This document shows, piece after piece, positions 27,013 to 43,980 of a DNA stretch of 64,000 nt; the first letter of the stretch is position 1, and each line of letters begins with the position of its first letter. The notes under the pieces were generated by a model that worked only from the letters and a program-made list of their open reading frames with translations, was not told the DNA's origin and ran no database searches. Source of the stretch: the human T2T-CHM13v2.0 reference genome, Homo sapiens; NCBI RefSeq assembly GCF_009914755.1, contig NC_060930.1, one strand, 5' to 3'. Position numbers and translations under genes: made by a program.

Positions 27013-27699
27013 ATAATTCAATATTTCGGTTTTTTTTTTCTTTTGTTTTCATACCACCATCTGAGTCCCATAGCCAGCTCCTTGAAGAATGGAAAAACTA
27101 CTGTTTCGATAATCAGAATGTAAGCTCCTAGAGGATTTAAAATTAACCTGTCTTATTCACTCTCTCGTATTTCTAACATCTAGAACATCAGTTAACACGT
27201 TGTAGGCATTCAGGAAAACTTGTCAATTGAGGGAAAGATGTCCAAGCTATGGGCAGCATGCGGGCCTGCATGGGGAATGGATTCTCTGTCTGTAGTTAAG
27301 TTCTTGGGAAAGTGAATGACAATGAGGGTCACAGATTCAGAATCCAGAGTGATTTGATGAGTTGCATATTTAATGGCATCATCGTGGAATGCACGTCTGC
27401 AGTGCTTCTGAAATAGCGTTCAGAGGCAGGACCTGGCCTTACAATGAAGACCCTTGAGGAAATGCGTTAAGACTTCAAAAGGTGTGTTTATTTATTGATG
27501 TGCAGTATGATCTTTATGGTCTTCAGTGTTTAAAAATCAGTAAAGCAGTTTGATCTATTTGGCTCTGAATAATTTCAAGTGTGTGCTTTGTTTCTGATGA
27601 TTGCCTTTTAGTCTCCTTGAGGAAGTCACTATGACTGAGAGCGAGGCACACACCATGTCAAGAGTTTCTCCTGCTCAGACATGCCTTGAGTTGGCCTTT

Positions 27700-27840
27700 T
27701 GGGGCAGAGTAGTGAGCAGGGACTGTGTCTTGCCCATTGCTATATCCCCAGTGCCCATTTTAGCACCTCACACAGAGTTGGTGCTCAATGCATATTTAGT
27801 GAATATGTTGTAATTATTATTTAGAATGACTGAATGGATG
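27700..27840 (+). mobile_element. L2 3' terminal fragment
   Basis: gagcagggactgtgtcttg...tatatccccagtgcc...gtgctcaatgcatatttagtgaat. Confidence 0.7.
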
Positions 27841-27894
27841 ACTCAAAACTGAAAACTGAATCGACTTCTATCTGGAGTTTGAAGAAAATATTAG

Positions 27895-28095
27895 CCCCCT
27901 TGTGTTTGAATGTTTATTATGAGTCAGGCACTTTACATATATTATCTTGCCTAACGTCAGAAGAAAGTACTGGCATTATCTCTATAGGACGGAGGAAGAA
28001 GTTGAGACTCAGGAGGACAAGTCATTTTTACAAAATCACAGGGAGACAGTACTCAAGTTGAGCTCAGACTAAGCCATTCTTAACCACTTTGCCTA
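27895..28095 (-). mobile_element. MIR SINE
   Basis: ggcactttacatatattatct...gaagttgagactcag...aaaatcaca...cttaaccact. Confidence 0.65.
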
Positions 28096-29268
28096 GTTCT
28101 TGAGAAATGGTGCACTTTAAGCACTGGAATAGCACCATAATTTCAAGGTGACCCAGCTTCAACTGTGCACACTCATACCTTCCTGGTGGAGGAGCTTGAC
28201 CTCAAGTTAATGAGCCTGAAAGAGAAGTGAGTACCATTCTTTTTTTGAGAAAAATTGTTCCAGTTGTGCAGCACTTTTTCAGCCCAAGGCATCTGTGATA
28301 CCAGGTGAGGATGAGCAGAGTGATCCACCCCATGCTATCTCTTACCTCAGCTGCTGGGCATCGACAGTTAATTCTAGACCCCTGTTTATGCGCATAATAT
28401 TACAGGCTCAGAGTGACTAAAACATTTGTAAGGACCCAGACTTCTTAAAGCTGCTAGAGGCAGGTCTCCCTGGGAGATGAAAAGATTACAATGTCATCGT
28501 CCTTTAAATGATAACAGGGCACTCATGCTTTTCTTTTAACCTGAAGGGAAAATCAACACGTTTTACCCTGTGGCAGAATAGAACTGGGACTTACATTTCA
28601 AAATGATCATTGCTGACATCTTGTTCTATGTGCCATCAATTTTTGTTCAGGCACCTAGAATTTGTTTTTCCTCCAGGAATTTGGAGTGATGTGTACACGT
28701 CATCCTCTCACCCAATGTTACACTTATTAACACATAGTGTCAAACTAGTGGCAGATCGAAATGATTCCACAAGTGCTGCAAAAACACAAAGTATTTTGTG
28801 TTTCAGATTGGTCAGTAAACACAGAATCTCTCTTTTATTTAGTGCCAGGAGCTAAATTCATGAGATCCTTGATTATTTGTCAGGCAGCAGTTTCTGTAAC
28901 AGTAGTTTCCAGTGTTCTTTGCAAAAGCTGTGAGTGCAATGTTCACTGTTCTCTGAGTGCTTGTCGGAGACCTGGGGAGTATTTTAAACATGACGATTCT
29001 ATCCAGAAATTTTCATGGAGGTACAAGAGTAACCATGGGTTTCTGATTATGGTGCAGAAGGAGGCATTAAAAAAACCCAAGTGCAAGACAGAACACTATT
29101 CTTTTTCATTAAAGTATTTCCACTCAGATTTTTGGCTTTAACAATGATGAAAACAAAATGAAACTACTTAACTAGAAGCAAATCACTTTTTATAGTGTTA
29201 TGAAAAGAAGAATATGCATAAATATATTGAGGGGTGTTATGGACTATCCTTTGAAAGTATTCTCAATG

Positions 29269-29640
<372 letters not shown>

Positions 29641-29896
29641 TTATTATTACCCTCTCTGCTTATTGGGGTGGCATTCAGAAATAACAAGTATTTCATATGG
29701 AATACTGACATTATAATGGGCATGAATTTGTAATCACAAACTCAAATCTGGCCATGCAAGATGTGTTACATTTCTTTGTTGTCGATAGTGTACTCTGAAT
29801 CCACCTCTTGTCAGGCTAATGAGAGAGAAGCTGGTCATTACAGGGGACTAGGAAGTTCCCAGTTAATTAGAAAACAGTAGCAATAGCAGTAGTAAT

Positions 29897-30048
29897 GACA
29901 TCCATGTCCCTGCAAAGGACATGATCTCATTCTTTTTTTTGACTGCGAAGTATTTCATGGGGTCTATGTACCACATTTTCTTTATCCAGTCTGCCATTGA
30001 CGGACTTTTACATTGATTCCATGTCTTTGCTATTGTGAATAGTGCTGC
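29897..30048 (-). mobile_element. Older L1PA fragment (3' portion of a 5'-inverted L1)
   Basis: Minus strand encodes ...AALFTIAKTWNQ..WIKKMWYI..IMSFAGTWM (ORF2 C-terminus). Confidence 0.9.
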
Positions 30049-30312
30049 ACAGGCAAAGATTTCATCAGATGAAGACAACAAAAGTAATGGCAACAAAAGC
30101 AAATTTACAAATAGGATCTAATTTAATTAAAGAGCTTCTGCACAGCAAAAGAAACTATGAACAGAGTAAACAGAAACAGACAATCTACAGAATGAGAGAA
30201 AATTTTTGCAAACTATGCATCTGACAAAGGTCTACTATCCAGCATCTATAAGGAACTTTAAACTTACAAGAAAAAACAAAAAGTGGGCAAAGGGCATGAA
30301 CAGACATTTCTT
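30049..30312 (+). mobile_element. Older L1PA ORF2 fragment (inverted segment, left of the L1PA6 insertion)
   Basis: ggcaaagatttcat...aagagcttctgcacagcaaaagaaacta...aagtgggcaaagggcatgaacagacatttc. Confidence 0.9.
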
Positions 30313-30530
30313 TTATTATTACTATTATTATACTTTAAGTTCTAGGGTACATGTGCACAACATGCAGGCTTGTTACATAGGTATACATATGCCATGTTTG
30401 TTTGCTGCACGCACCAACTTGTCATTTACATTAGGTGTTTCTCCTAATGCTATCCCTCCTCCAGCCCCCCACTCCTCAACAGGCCCCGGTGTGTGATGTT
30501 CCCCACCCTGTGTTCATGTGTTCTCATTGT

Positions 30531-34371
<3,841 letters not shown>

Positions 34372-34434
34372 TTTGATGTTAGCTGGTTATTTTGCCCGTT
34401 AATTGATGCAGTTTCTTCATAGCATCAATGGTCT

Positions 34435-35450
34435 TTACAATTTGGCATGTTTTTGCAGTGGCTGGTACTGGTTGTTCCTTTCCATGTTTAGTGCTTCCTA
34501 CAGGAGCTTTTGTAAGTCAGGCCTGGTAGTGACAAAATCTCTCAGCATTTGCTTGTCTGTAAAGGGTTTTATTTTTCCTTCACTTACGAAGCTTAGTTTG
34601 TCTGAATATGAGATTCTGGGTTGAAAATTCTTTTCTTTAAGAATGTTGTATATTGGCCTTCACTCTCTTCTGGCTTGTTGGGTTTCTGCCAAGAAATCTG
34701 CTGTTAGTCTGATGAGCTTCCCTTTGTGGGTAACCCTACCTTTCTCTGGCTGCCCTTAACACTTTTTCCTTCATTTCAGCCTTGGTGAATTATGTGTCTT
34801 GGAGTTGCTCTTCTCGAGGAGTATCTTTGTGGTGTTCTCCGTATTTCCTGAATTTGAATGTTGGCCTGCCTTGCTAGGTTGGGGAAGTTATCCTGGATAA
34901 TATCCTGAAGTGTGTTTTCTAACTTGGTTCCATTCTCCCCGTCACTTTCCAGTACACCAATCAAATGTATATTTGGTCTTTTCACATAGTCGCATATTTC
35001 TTGGAGGATCTGTTCATTTCTTTTCACTCTTTTTCCTCTAATCTTGTCTTCTCACTTTATTTCGTTAATTTGCTCTTCAATCACTGATATCCTTTCTTCC
35101 ACTTGATCAAATTGGCTATTGAAGCTTGTGCATGCATCACGAAGTTCTTGTGCCATTTTTTTCAGCTCCGTCAGGTCATTTAAGGTCTTCTCTACACTGT
35201 TTATTCTAGTTAGCCATTCATCTAATCTTTTTTCAAGGTTTTTACCTTCCTTGCAATGGGTTAGAACATGCTCCTTTAGCTCGGATTAGTTTGTTATTAC
35301 TGATCTTCTGAAGCCTACTTCTGTCAGTTCATCAAACTCATTCTCTGTCCAGTTTTGTTCCCTTGCTGGCAAGGAGCTGTGATCCTTTGGAGGAGAAGAG
35401 GTGCTCTGTTTTTTGGAATTTTCAGCTTTTCTGCTCTGGTTTCTCCCCAT
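34435..35450 (-). pseudogene. L1 ORF1, disrupted
   Basis: MGRNQSRKAENSK... and ...YVKRPN...LENTLQDIIQDNFPNLARQANIQIQEI...RRATPRHII; premature stops. Confidence 0.9.
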
Positions 35451-36041
35451 CTTTGTGATTTTATCCACCTTTAGTCTTTGATATTGGTGATCTACAGATG
35501 GGGTTTTGGTGTGGATGTCTTTTTTGTTGATGTTGATGCTATTCCTTTCTGTTTGTTAGTTTTGCTTCAAACAGTCAGACCCCTCAGCTGCAGGTCTGTT
35601 GGAGTTTGCTGGACATCCACTCCAGACCCTGTTTGCCTGGATTTGACAAGCGGAGGCTGCAGAACAGCAAATATTGCTGCCTGATCCTTCCTCTGGAAGC
35701 TTCGTCTCAGAGGGGCACCTGCCTGTTTGAGGTGTCTGTTGGCCCCTACTGGGAGGTGTTTCCCAGTTAGGCGACACTGGGGTCAGGGACCCACTTGAGG
35801 AGACTGTCTGTCCATTCTCTGAGTTCGAACACCATGCTGAGAGAACCACCTCTCTCTTCAGAGCTGTCAGACAGGGACATTTAAGTTTGCAGAAGCTGTC
35901 TGCTGCCTTTTGTTCTACTATGCCCTGCCCCCAGAGGTAAAATCTATAGAAGCAGTAGACTGTGCTGAGCTGCAGTGGGCTCCACCCAGTTTCTGCTTCC
36001 CGGTCTCTTTGTTTATACTGTGAGCTACTCAAGCCTCAGCA

Positions 36042-36338
36042 ATGGTGGACGCCCCTCCCCCCATCAAGCTTCAGTGTGGCAGGTTGATCTCAGACTGCTA
36101 TGCTAGCAGCGAGCAAGGCTCCGTGGGCATGGGACCTGCCAAGCCAGGTGCAGGAGGGTATCTCCTGGTCTGCCGGTTGCTAAGACTGTGGGAAAAGTGC
36201 AGTATTTGGTCAGGAGTGTACCATTTCTCCAGGTGCAGTCTGTCACAGCTTCCCTTGGCTAGGAAAGGGAAATCCCCTGACCCCTTGTGCTTCCTGGGTG
36301 AGACAACGCCTTGCCCTGCTTTGGCTCACCCTCCGTGA
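36042..36338 (+). CDS. LINE-1 ORF0 homolog (antisense ORF in the 5' UTR), open, 98 aa; expression unproven
   Basis: [32 protein letters not shown]... aligns by eye to L1HS ORF0p (MAGAPPPASLPPCSLISDCCASNQRDSVGVGP...); Kozak context gcaATGG. Confidence 0.6.
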   Translation: MVDAPPPIKLQCGRLISDCYASSEQGSVGMGPAKPGAGGYLLVCRLLRLWEKCSIWSGVYHFSRCSLSQLPLARKGKSPDPLCFLGETTPCPALAHPP

Positions 36339-36460
36339 GCTGCACCCACTGTCCAACCACTCCTAATGAGATGAACAAGGTACCTCAGTTGGAAAAGCAG
36401 AAATCATCCTTATTCTGTGTCGATCTTGCTGGGAGCTGCAGACTGGAGCTGTTCCTATTT

Positions 36461-36470
36461 GGCCATCTTG
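36461..36470 (-). promoter_or_regulatory. L1 5' UTR YY1 site
   Basis: CAAGATGGCC on the minus strand at the element 5' end. Confidence 0.85.
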
Positions 36471-36471
36471 G

Positions 36472-36828
36472 CAGACATTTCTTAAAAGAAGACATACATG
36501 TGGCCAACAAGTATATGAAAAAAAGCTCAACATCACTGATCATTAGAGAAATGCAAATCAAAACCACAATGATATACCATCTCACACCAGTCAGAATGGC
36601 TACTAATAAAAAGTCAAAAATAAGAGATGCTGGCAAGGTTGTGGAGAAAAAGAAATGCTTCTACACTGTTGGTGAGAGTGTTAATTAATTCAACCATTGT
36701 GGAAGACAGTGTGGTGTTTCTTCAAAAACCTGAAGACAGAAATACCATTCAACCCAGCAATCCCATTACCTGGTATATACCCAAAGAAATATAAATCATC
36801 CTATTATAAAGACACATGCACATGTATG
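36472..36828 (+). mobile_element. Older L1PA ORF2 fragment (inverted segment, right of the L1PA6 insertion)
   Basis: Continues 30049-30312: aaaagaagacatacatgtggccaacaag...gacacatgcacatgtatg. Confidence 0.9.
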
Positions 36829-37599
36829 CTGATTTCTTTTCATGTTAGATGGCTTTGGAGTGTTTGCTGGTGTTATGGAAATCATACTAAATGGAAGTTG
36901 AATCAAGGAAATATTTAGTTTGCTGAGGTCATGCTGGGTGCCTTCTGTGTGTGATTACATTATTGCTCTTCATATGATTATAGGAATGGTTTTCAGAAAT
37001 GCTCCCATGACTAGCTCAGTATTGAAAACAGTGGTGCAGGACCAGAGGTTGATTGTGATATAAACAGATCCTAAGGCACTGGAAGTATGTGGGTAATGAA
37101 GAAAAAATGAGGTTTGAAAAGTTTGGAGCCAGAAGCTAGTCTATGGGAAATTCTTCCAGTTATCAGATGTTTAGCACTGAAGCAATTCTTGCTGATAATT
37201 AGTCAAGAAATCCTCTATAAGGAATATACTTGTTAATACATTATATACAATTATTTGAATATCACTTACGTTTTTATTTTTAAGCTAAAAGCATGAGAAT
37301 ATTTTTACTCAGAATATTTGTATTTGTAGCACAATACAAACACTTTCCACATAGCAGTGCCATAAATATTAAGTACCTCTAAGTGCGAAATCATGTTTTA
37401 TGCATCCCAAAAAATTAGCTCAAATCTTAGTATATCTGAGGCATATGTCCTGAAGTAATTTGGAGTCCCAGATGAATTGACATTCAAAATTACCACCAAC
37501 ATTTCAAAACACCCTGAAAAAATAAGTGGTCCAATGATATGCTATATGTATTTATTATTATGTTAATATACTTAATATTAGAAAATTATTATTACACAA

Positions 37600-38502
37600 C
37601 TATGGAGCTCATGACAATATGGCAGTAGGCTAAAAATAAATTTGAACTGTTTTTGTACATACCTTAAATTCAAATTAATTATGTACATTGTTATCCAAAT
37701 TATTAACTACAAAAAAAGCCAGATTCTATGGGAAGAGAAGATTCTAATGGAAGCTAGGAAATGTAATATAAAGACAATCTTGGCAAAAGATAATTTGGCA
37801 CAAAAAGACAAAATTTGGCAACATGTCAAAAACTCTTTTACTGTAACTGAAACTAAAAATTCTGATGGTCAAAATCATAAAAAAAAATCATGATAGACAA
37901 GCAAAAACATGAACAGATAATAGGGATGACAACAGAAGAGATAAATAAATGAATAGACTCCCACCCTGTGAACAAAAAGTAGAAGGAAAATGAAAGTAAC
38001 AGCAAAGAAAAACATAATTTGTATAGTTACCAGTGCATGAAGGAATTTCAATAACAGCTTTATTGGGAAAATTAATTGACTTTGATAAGTAGCATGTTTG
38101 TCCTGATAAATGTACTCCAGCATTGTTTTATCAAAGAAATTTGTGTCCCTCTTCAAATTATGATGCCAGTAATAATTAGAGAGTTTAACAAATATACAAT
38201 GGACAATAGAAATATCTTTAAAGTTGGTGTTATGAACAACACCAAAAGAAAAATGTTCAAACTGTTTTGAGATCCCAGCTAGTGAGTCCAAGATAAGATG
38301 TATATATTGTATAATTGAGAAAGTGTTTTAATAGGCAGACATAACTTCCTGAAAGTCAGGAATACTCCACAGACAAGCGGGTACTGGAATACATATCAAT
38401 CAAAAACAAATGCACTAGACACCACCTTGAAGAACAGAGAAGAGTCAGTTTTATTATTAATGTTTAGTATTCTTTTTAAACATTTAAAAGAGTGGTTATG
38501 CC
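37600..38502 (+). mobile_element. Probable Zaphod-like hAT transposon, left part
   Basis: Ends ...FKRVVMP, which reads on into IKFLSE at 46076 across the L1; left boundary uncertain. Confidence 0.45.
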
Positions 38503-40185
38503 TTTTTTATTGTAATTGGCAATTTATAATTGTATCAATGTTATAAGGTACAAAGGGATGTTATGAATTATAAACATAATGTAGAATAATTAGATCAAGC
38601 TAGTTAACATATTCATAACATCACATACATTATAACACTTATTTGTGGTGAGGACATTTGAAATTTATTATCTTAGCATTTTCAAACGTACAATTCTCTA
38701 GTATTAACTATATCTACCATGGTGTGAAATAGAATTATAAAAAATTTCCTCCTGTCTGAGATTTTGTACCCTTTGATCATCATCTCCTTATTTCATGCAC
38801 CCAACAGCCTCTGTAGCCACCATCCTACTCTTTGCTTCTATAAATTTGATCCTTTTAGATTCCATATGCAAGTGAGATCATCTGGTATTTGTCTTTCTGT
38901 GCCTGGTTGATTTTACTCATCATAATATTCTCCAATTCTATCCATGTTGTCACAGATGACAGAATTTGCTTCTTTTTTAAGGTTGAATAGTATACCATTG
39001 TGTGTATATGCCACATTTTCTTTATTCATTCATCGTTGATGGCCACTTAGGTTGAATCCATAACTTGAACAATGCTGCAATTAACATGGAGTGCACACAT
39101 ATCTTCAACAAATTGATTTCAAACATTTTGTGCAAATACCCAGAAGTGGAATTGCCGGATCATAGGGTAATTCTATTTTTAGTTTACTGAGAGACCTCCA
39201 TATCGTTGGCAAGGAGGTAGAGAAAGAGCAACGCTTGTACCCTGTTGGTGGGGATGTAAATTAGTACAGGCATTATACAAAACTGTATGGAGGTCCCTCA
39301 TAAAATGTCTATTCAAGTCCCTTGTATCAATCTTTTCATTGAATTTTTTTTCTTGCTGTTGAGTTGTTTGAGCTCCTTACATATTTTGAATATTAACTCC
39401 CTATCAAAGGTATGGCTTGAAAATATTTTCTCTCATTCCATAGGCTATCTCTGCACACTGATAATTGTTTCCATTACTATGCAGAAGTTTTTTAGTGTGA
39501 TGAAATCCCATTTATCTATTTTTGCTTTTATTTCTGGTGCTTTTGGGGTCACACTCGAAAAAATCATCACACAGATGTATGTCATGTAGTTTTTCCTTTC
39601 TGTCTTCTTCTAGTAGGTTTATAGTTTCTGGTCTTATGTTTATGTCTTTAATCCATTTTTAGTTTAATTTTGTAAATGGTGTGAGATAATGGTTCAATTT
39701 CATTCTTCTTCACATGGATATCCAGCTTTCTCATCACCATTTATTAAAGAGATTATAATTTTCCTGTTGCATATTCTTGGCACCTTTGTCAAAATACAAT
39801 TGTTCACAAATGCATGGGTTCATTTCTGGGCCCTATATTCTGTTCCATTTGTCAATGTGTCTATTTTTTTTTTTTTTTTTTGCCAGTAATGATGCTTTAA
39901 TTACCATAGCCTGTAGTATGGTTTGAAATCAGGTAGTGTGATACCTCCAGCTTTGTTTATTTTTTTCTCATGATTGCCTTGGCTATCTGTATTTTGTTTA
40001 TTTTTTTTGTGGCTCCATATAAATGTTAGGATTTTTTTATATTTCTATGAAAAATGACATTTAAATTTTGATAGGTATTGCATTGAATTTGTAGATCTGC
40101 TTTGTAGTATAAATGTTTTAGAAATATTAATTCTTCTAATCCATTAACATGAAATATCTTCCTACATATTTGTGTCTTTAATTTC

Positions 40186-40557
40186 TGTATTAGTCCATTC
40201 TCATGCTGCTAATAAAGACATACAAAAGCCTGGGTAATTTATAAAGTAAAGATGTTTAATTGATTCACAATTCCACATGACTGGGGAGGCCTCACAATCA
40301 TGGTAGAAGGCAGAGGAGGAGCAGAGGCATGTCTTACATGGTGGCAGGCAAGAGAGTGTGTGCAGTGTGCAGGGGAACTCCCCTTTGTAAAACTGTCAGA
40401 TCTTGTGAGACTTATTCACTATCATGAGAACAGCATGGGAAAGACCCACCCCCATAATTCAATTACCTTCTACCAGGCCCTTCCCATGACACATGGGAAT
40501 TATGGGAGCTACAATGAGAAGATGAGATTTGGATGGGGACACAGCCAAATCATATCA
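40186..40557 (-). mobile_element. THE1C-type solo LTR
   Basis: tgtattagtcc...agccaaatcatatca; perfect TSD ATTTC (40181-85 / 40558-62). Confidence 0.95.
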
Positions 40558-43500
40558 ATTTCTTTCATCAGTGTTTTATAGTTTTCAGTGTACAGGTCTT
40601 TCACCTAATTGCTTAAATTTATTCCTAAGAATTTTAATTTTTGTAGCTATTGTGAATGAAATTGTTCTCTTGATTCTTTTATCAGATAATTTGGCATTAG
40701 CATACAGAAATGCTACTGATTTTGCATGTTGATTTTGTGTCCTGCAACTTTTCTGTATTTGTTTATTAGTTCTAGTAGCTTTTTGGTGTATTGAGTAGGG
40801 TTCTCTCTGTAAGATCATCTAATCAGCAAGCAGAGACAATTTCACTTTTTTCTTATTTGGATGCTTTTGGTTTGTTTATTTTGCTATTAGAAGTCTATTC
40901 TAGACTTCCAATACTATGTTGAATAGAAATGGTGAGAGTAGACATCCTTGTCTTGTTCTAGGTCTTAGAAAAAAGGTTTTCAAATTTTCACCGTTGAGTA
41001 TAATGTTAGCTCTGGTGATTCTCATATGTAACTTTTACTATGTTGTAATACATTCCTTCTATACCTAATTTGGTGAGAGCTTTTTCATAAAAAGATGTGC
41101 ATTTTTTTCAATTGCTTTTTCTGCATCTAATTAGATAAGTTGATTTCTTTCATTGATTCTGTTAATGTGATATAATACATTTATTGACTTGCAGATGTCA
41201 AACCATCTTTGTATCCCAGGGCCAAATCTCATTTGATTGTGATAGATGATTCTTCTAATGTGTTGTTGAAGTTGGTCTGCTAGCTTTTGTTGAGATTTTT
41301 TTCATCTATGTTTATCAAGGATATTTGTGTGTAGTTTTCTTTTCTTGTAATGTCTTTGGCATTGGTATTAGGTTAATTAATACTGGCCTTGTAAAAGGAG
41401 TTCAGTGTTCCCTCTTCTTCAATTTTTTGCAAGAGTTTGCAAAATATTGGTATCCTCCTTTGAATGCTTGGTAGAACTTAGCCATGAAGCCACCAGGTCC
41501 TGGGCTTTTCTTTGATGGGAAACATTTTATTACTGATTCAAGCACTTCACTTGTTATTTGTCTATTCAGATTTTTTTTTTTTTCATGACTCAGTCTTGGT
41601 AGGTTGTATGTTTCTAGGAATTTATCAATTTTTCCTAGGTTATCCAATTTGTTGGCCTATAATTGTTCATAGAAGTCCCATGATCCTTTGTATTTCTATG
41701 ATATTGATGATAATGTCTCCTCTTTCATTTCTGATTGTATTCTTCTTACCATTTTTTTCTTAGTCTAGTTAAAGATTTGATTTTTTTGATCTTCTCAAAT
41801 AACCACCTCTTAGTTTGATTTATCTTTTGTATTGTTTTTCTCATCTCAACTGTATTTCTGCTCTGGTCTTCATTATTTCCTTTCTCTTGCTAATTTTTGG
41901 CTTAGTTTGTTCTTTATTTTCTAGTTCCTTGAGGTGTTATGTTAGGTTGTTTATTTGAGATCTTTCTTCTTTATTGAAGTAGACATTTATTATTATAGAA
42001 ATTCCTCTTAGTATTTCTTTTGATCTATCACATAAGCTTTGGTATGTTGTGTTTCCATTTTCACTGGCCTCCAGATATTTTTAAATTTCCCTTTTAATTT
42101 CTTTATTTACTCCATGATTGTTCAGGATTATGTTGTTTAATTTCCACCTATATGTGAATTTTCTAAAATTCCTCCTTTTATTGATTTCTAATTTTATATC
42201 ATTTTGTTTGGAAAATATTTGATGTAATTTTAATCTCTTTAAATTTGCTGAGGCTTGTTTTGTGCCCTAATATGTGATCTATTCTGGTGAATATTCCATG
42301 TGCATTTGAGAAGAATGCATATTCTGATGCTATTGGATAGAATGTTCTTTATAAGTTTTTTAGGTCTATTGGTCTAAACTATAATTAAAGTCCAATCTTT
42401 CCTTATTAGCATTTTTGTTGGAATGAACAGTCTTTTGCTTAAAGTGGGGTATTAAAATTTTCCACTATTAAAGTATTGCAATTTATCTCTACTTTCAGAT
42501 CCTTTAATGTTTGCTTTACATATTTGCGTGCTTCAATGTTAAGTGTATATATTTAAAATTGTTATATCTTCTTGATGAATTGACCCTTTTATCATTATAT
42601 AATGTCCTCCTTTGTTTCTTTTTATAGTTTTTCACTTAAAGTCTATTTTGTCTGATATAAGTATAGCTCTCCCTGTTCTATTTGGTTTCCATTTGTGTGG
42701 GATGTCTTTTTCTATCCCTTCACTTTCAGTCTATGTGTATCCATGAAAGTTAGGTGAGTTTACCTGCAGGCAGCATATAGTTGGATCTTACTTTTTTATA
42801 CATTAAGTCACTCTGTATCTTTATATTGAGAATTTAATCCATTTACATTTAAGTAATTATTGATAGGTAAGAACTTACTACTTTTTGAAAATTACTTTCT
42901 AATTGTTTGCAGACACTTTCTTTCTTCCTGTCATGCCATCTTCCTTTATTGTTTGATGACTTTCTTTAGTGGTATGCTTTGAATCCTTTTTATTTTTGTT
43001 CTGTACTTCCACAAAAGATTTCATTTTGTGGTTACCATGAGGCATGCATAGACCATATTGTAGTTATATCAGCTTATTTAAAGCTTATAACAATGAATTT
43101 GACTGCATACAGCTCTACATCCCTCCATTTTATGTTTTTATGTCATAATTTACACCTTTTTGCAATATGCATACTTTGATAATTTATTTTAGATATGTTT
43201 ATTGTTAATGGTTTTGTTTTGTAACCATTGTACTAGAGACACAATTGCCTTACATGATATCTTTAAAGTTCTAGAGTATTCTGAATATGGCTCTGTTTTA
43301 CTTATATCATTGAATTTTGTGCTTTCATGTTTCACATTATCAATTACCAGCTTTTTGTTTTAGTTTGAAGAACTCCTTTTAGTAATTCCTATTACGCAGG
43401 TTTAAGGTGATAAACTCCCTTAGCTTTTGTTTGTCTGGGAAAATTTTTATTTCTCCCTAGTTTCTGAGAGACAGAGTTGAGGGATAAAGTATTCTTGCTT

Positions 43501-43631
43501 GGCAGGATTTGTTTTCACCACTTTGAATATGTCATTTCACTCTTCATTGTTATGCAGAGTTTTGCTGAGAAATCTGCTGGTAGTTATATTCAAATTCCTT
43601 TGTATGTGATGTGTTTCTTATTATGTACTAA

Positions 43632-43980
<349 letters not shown>

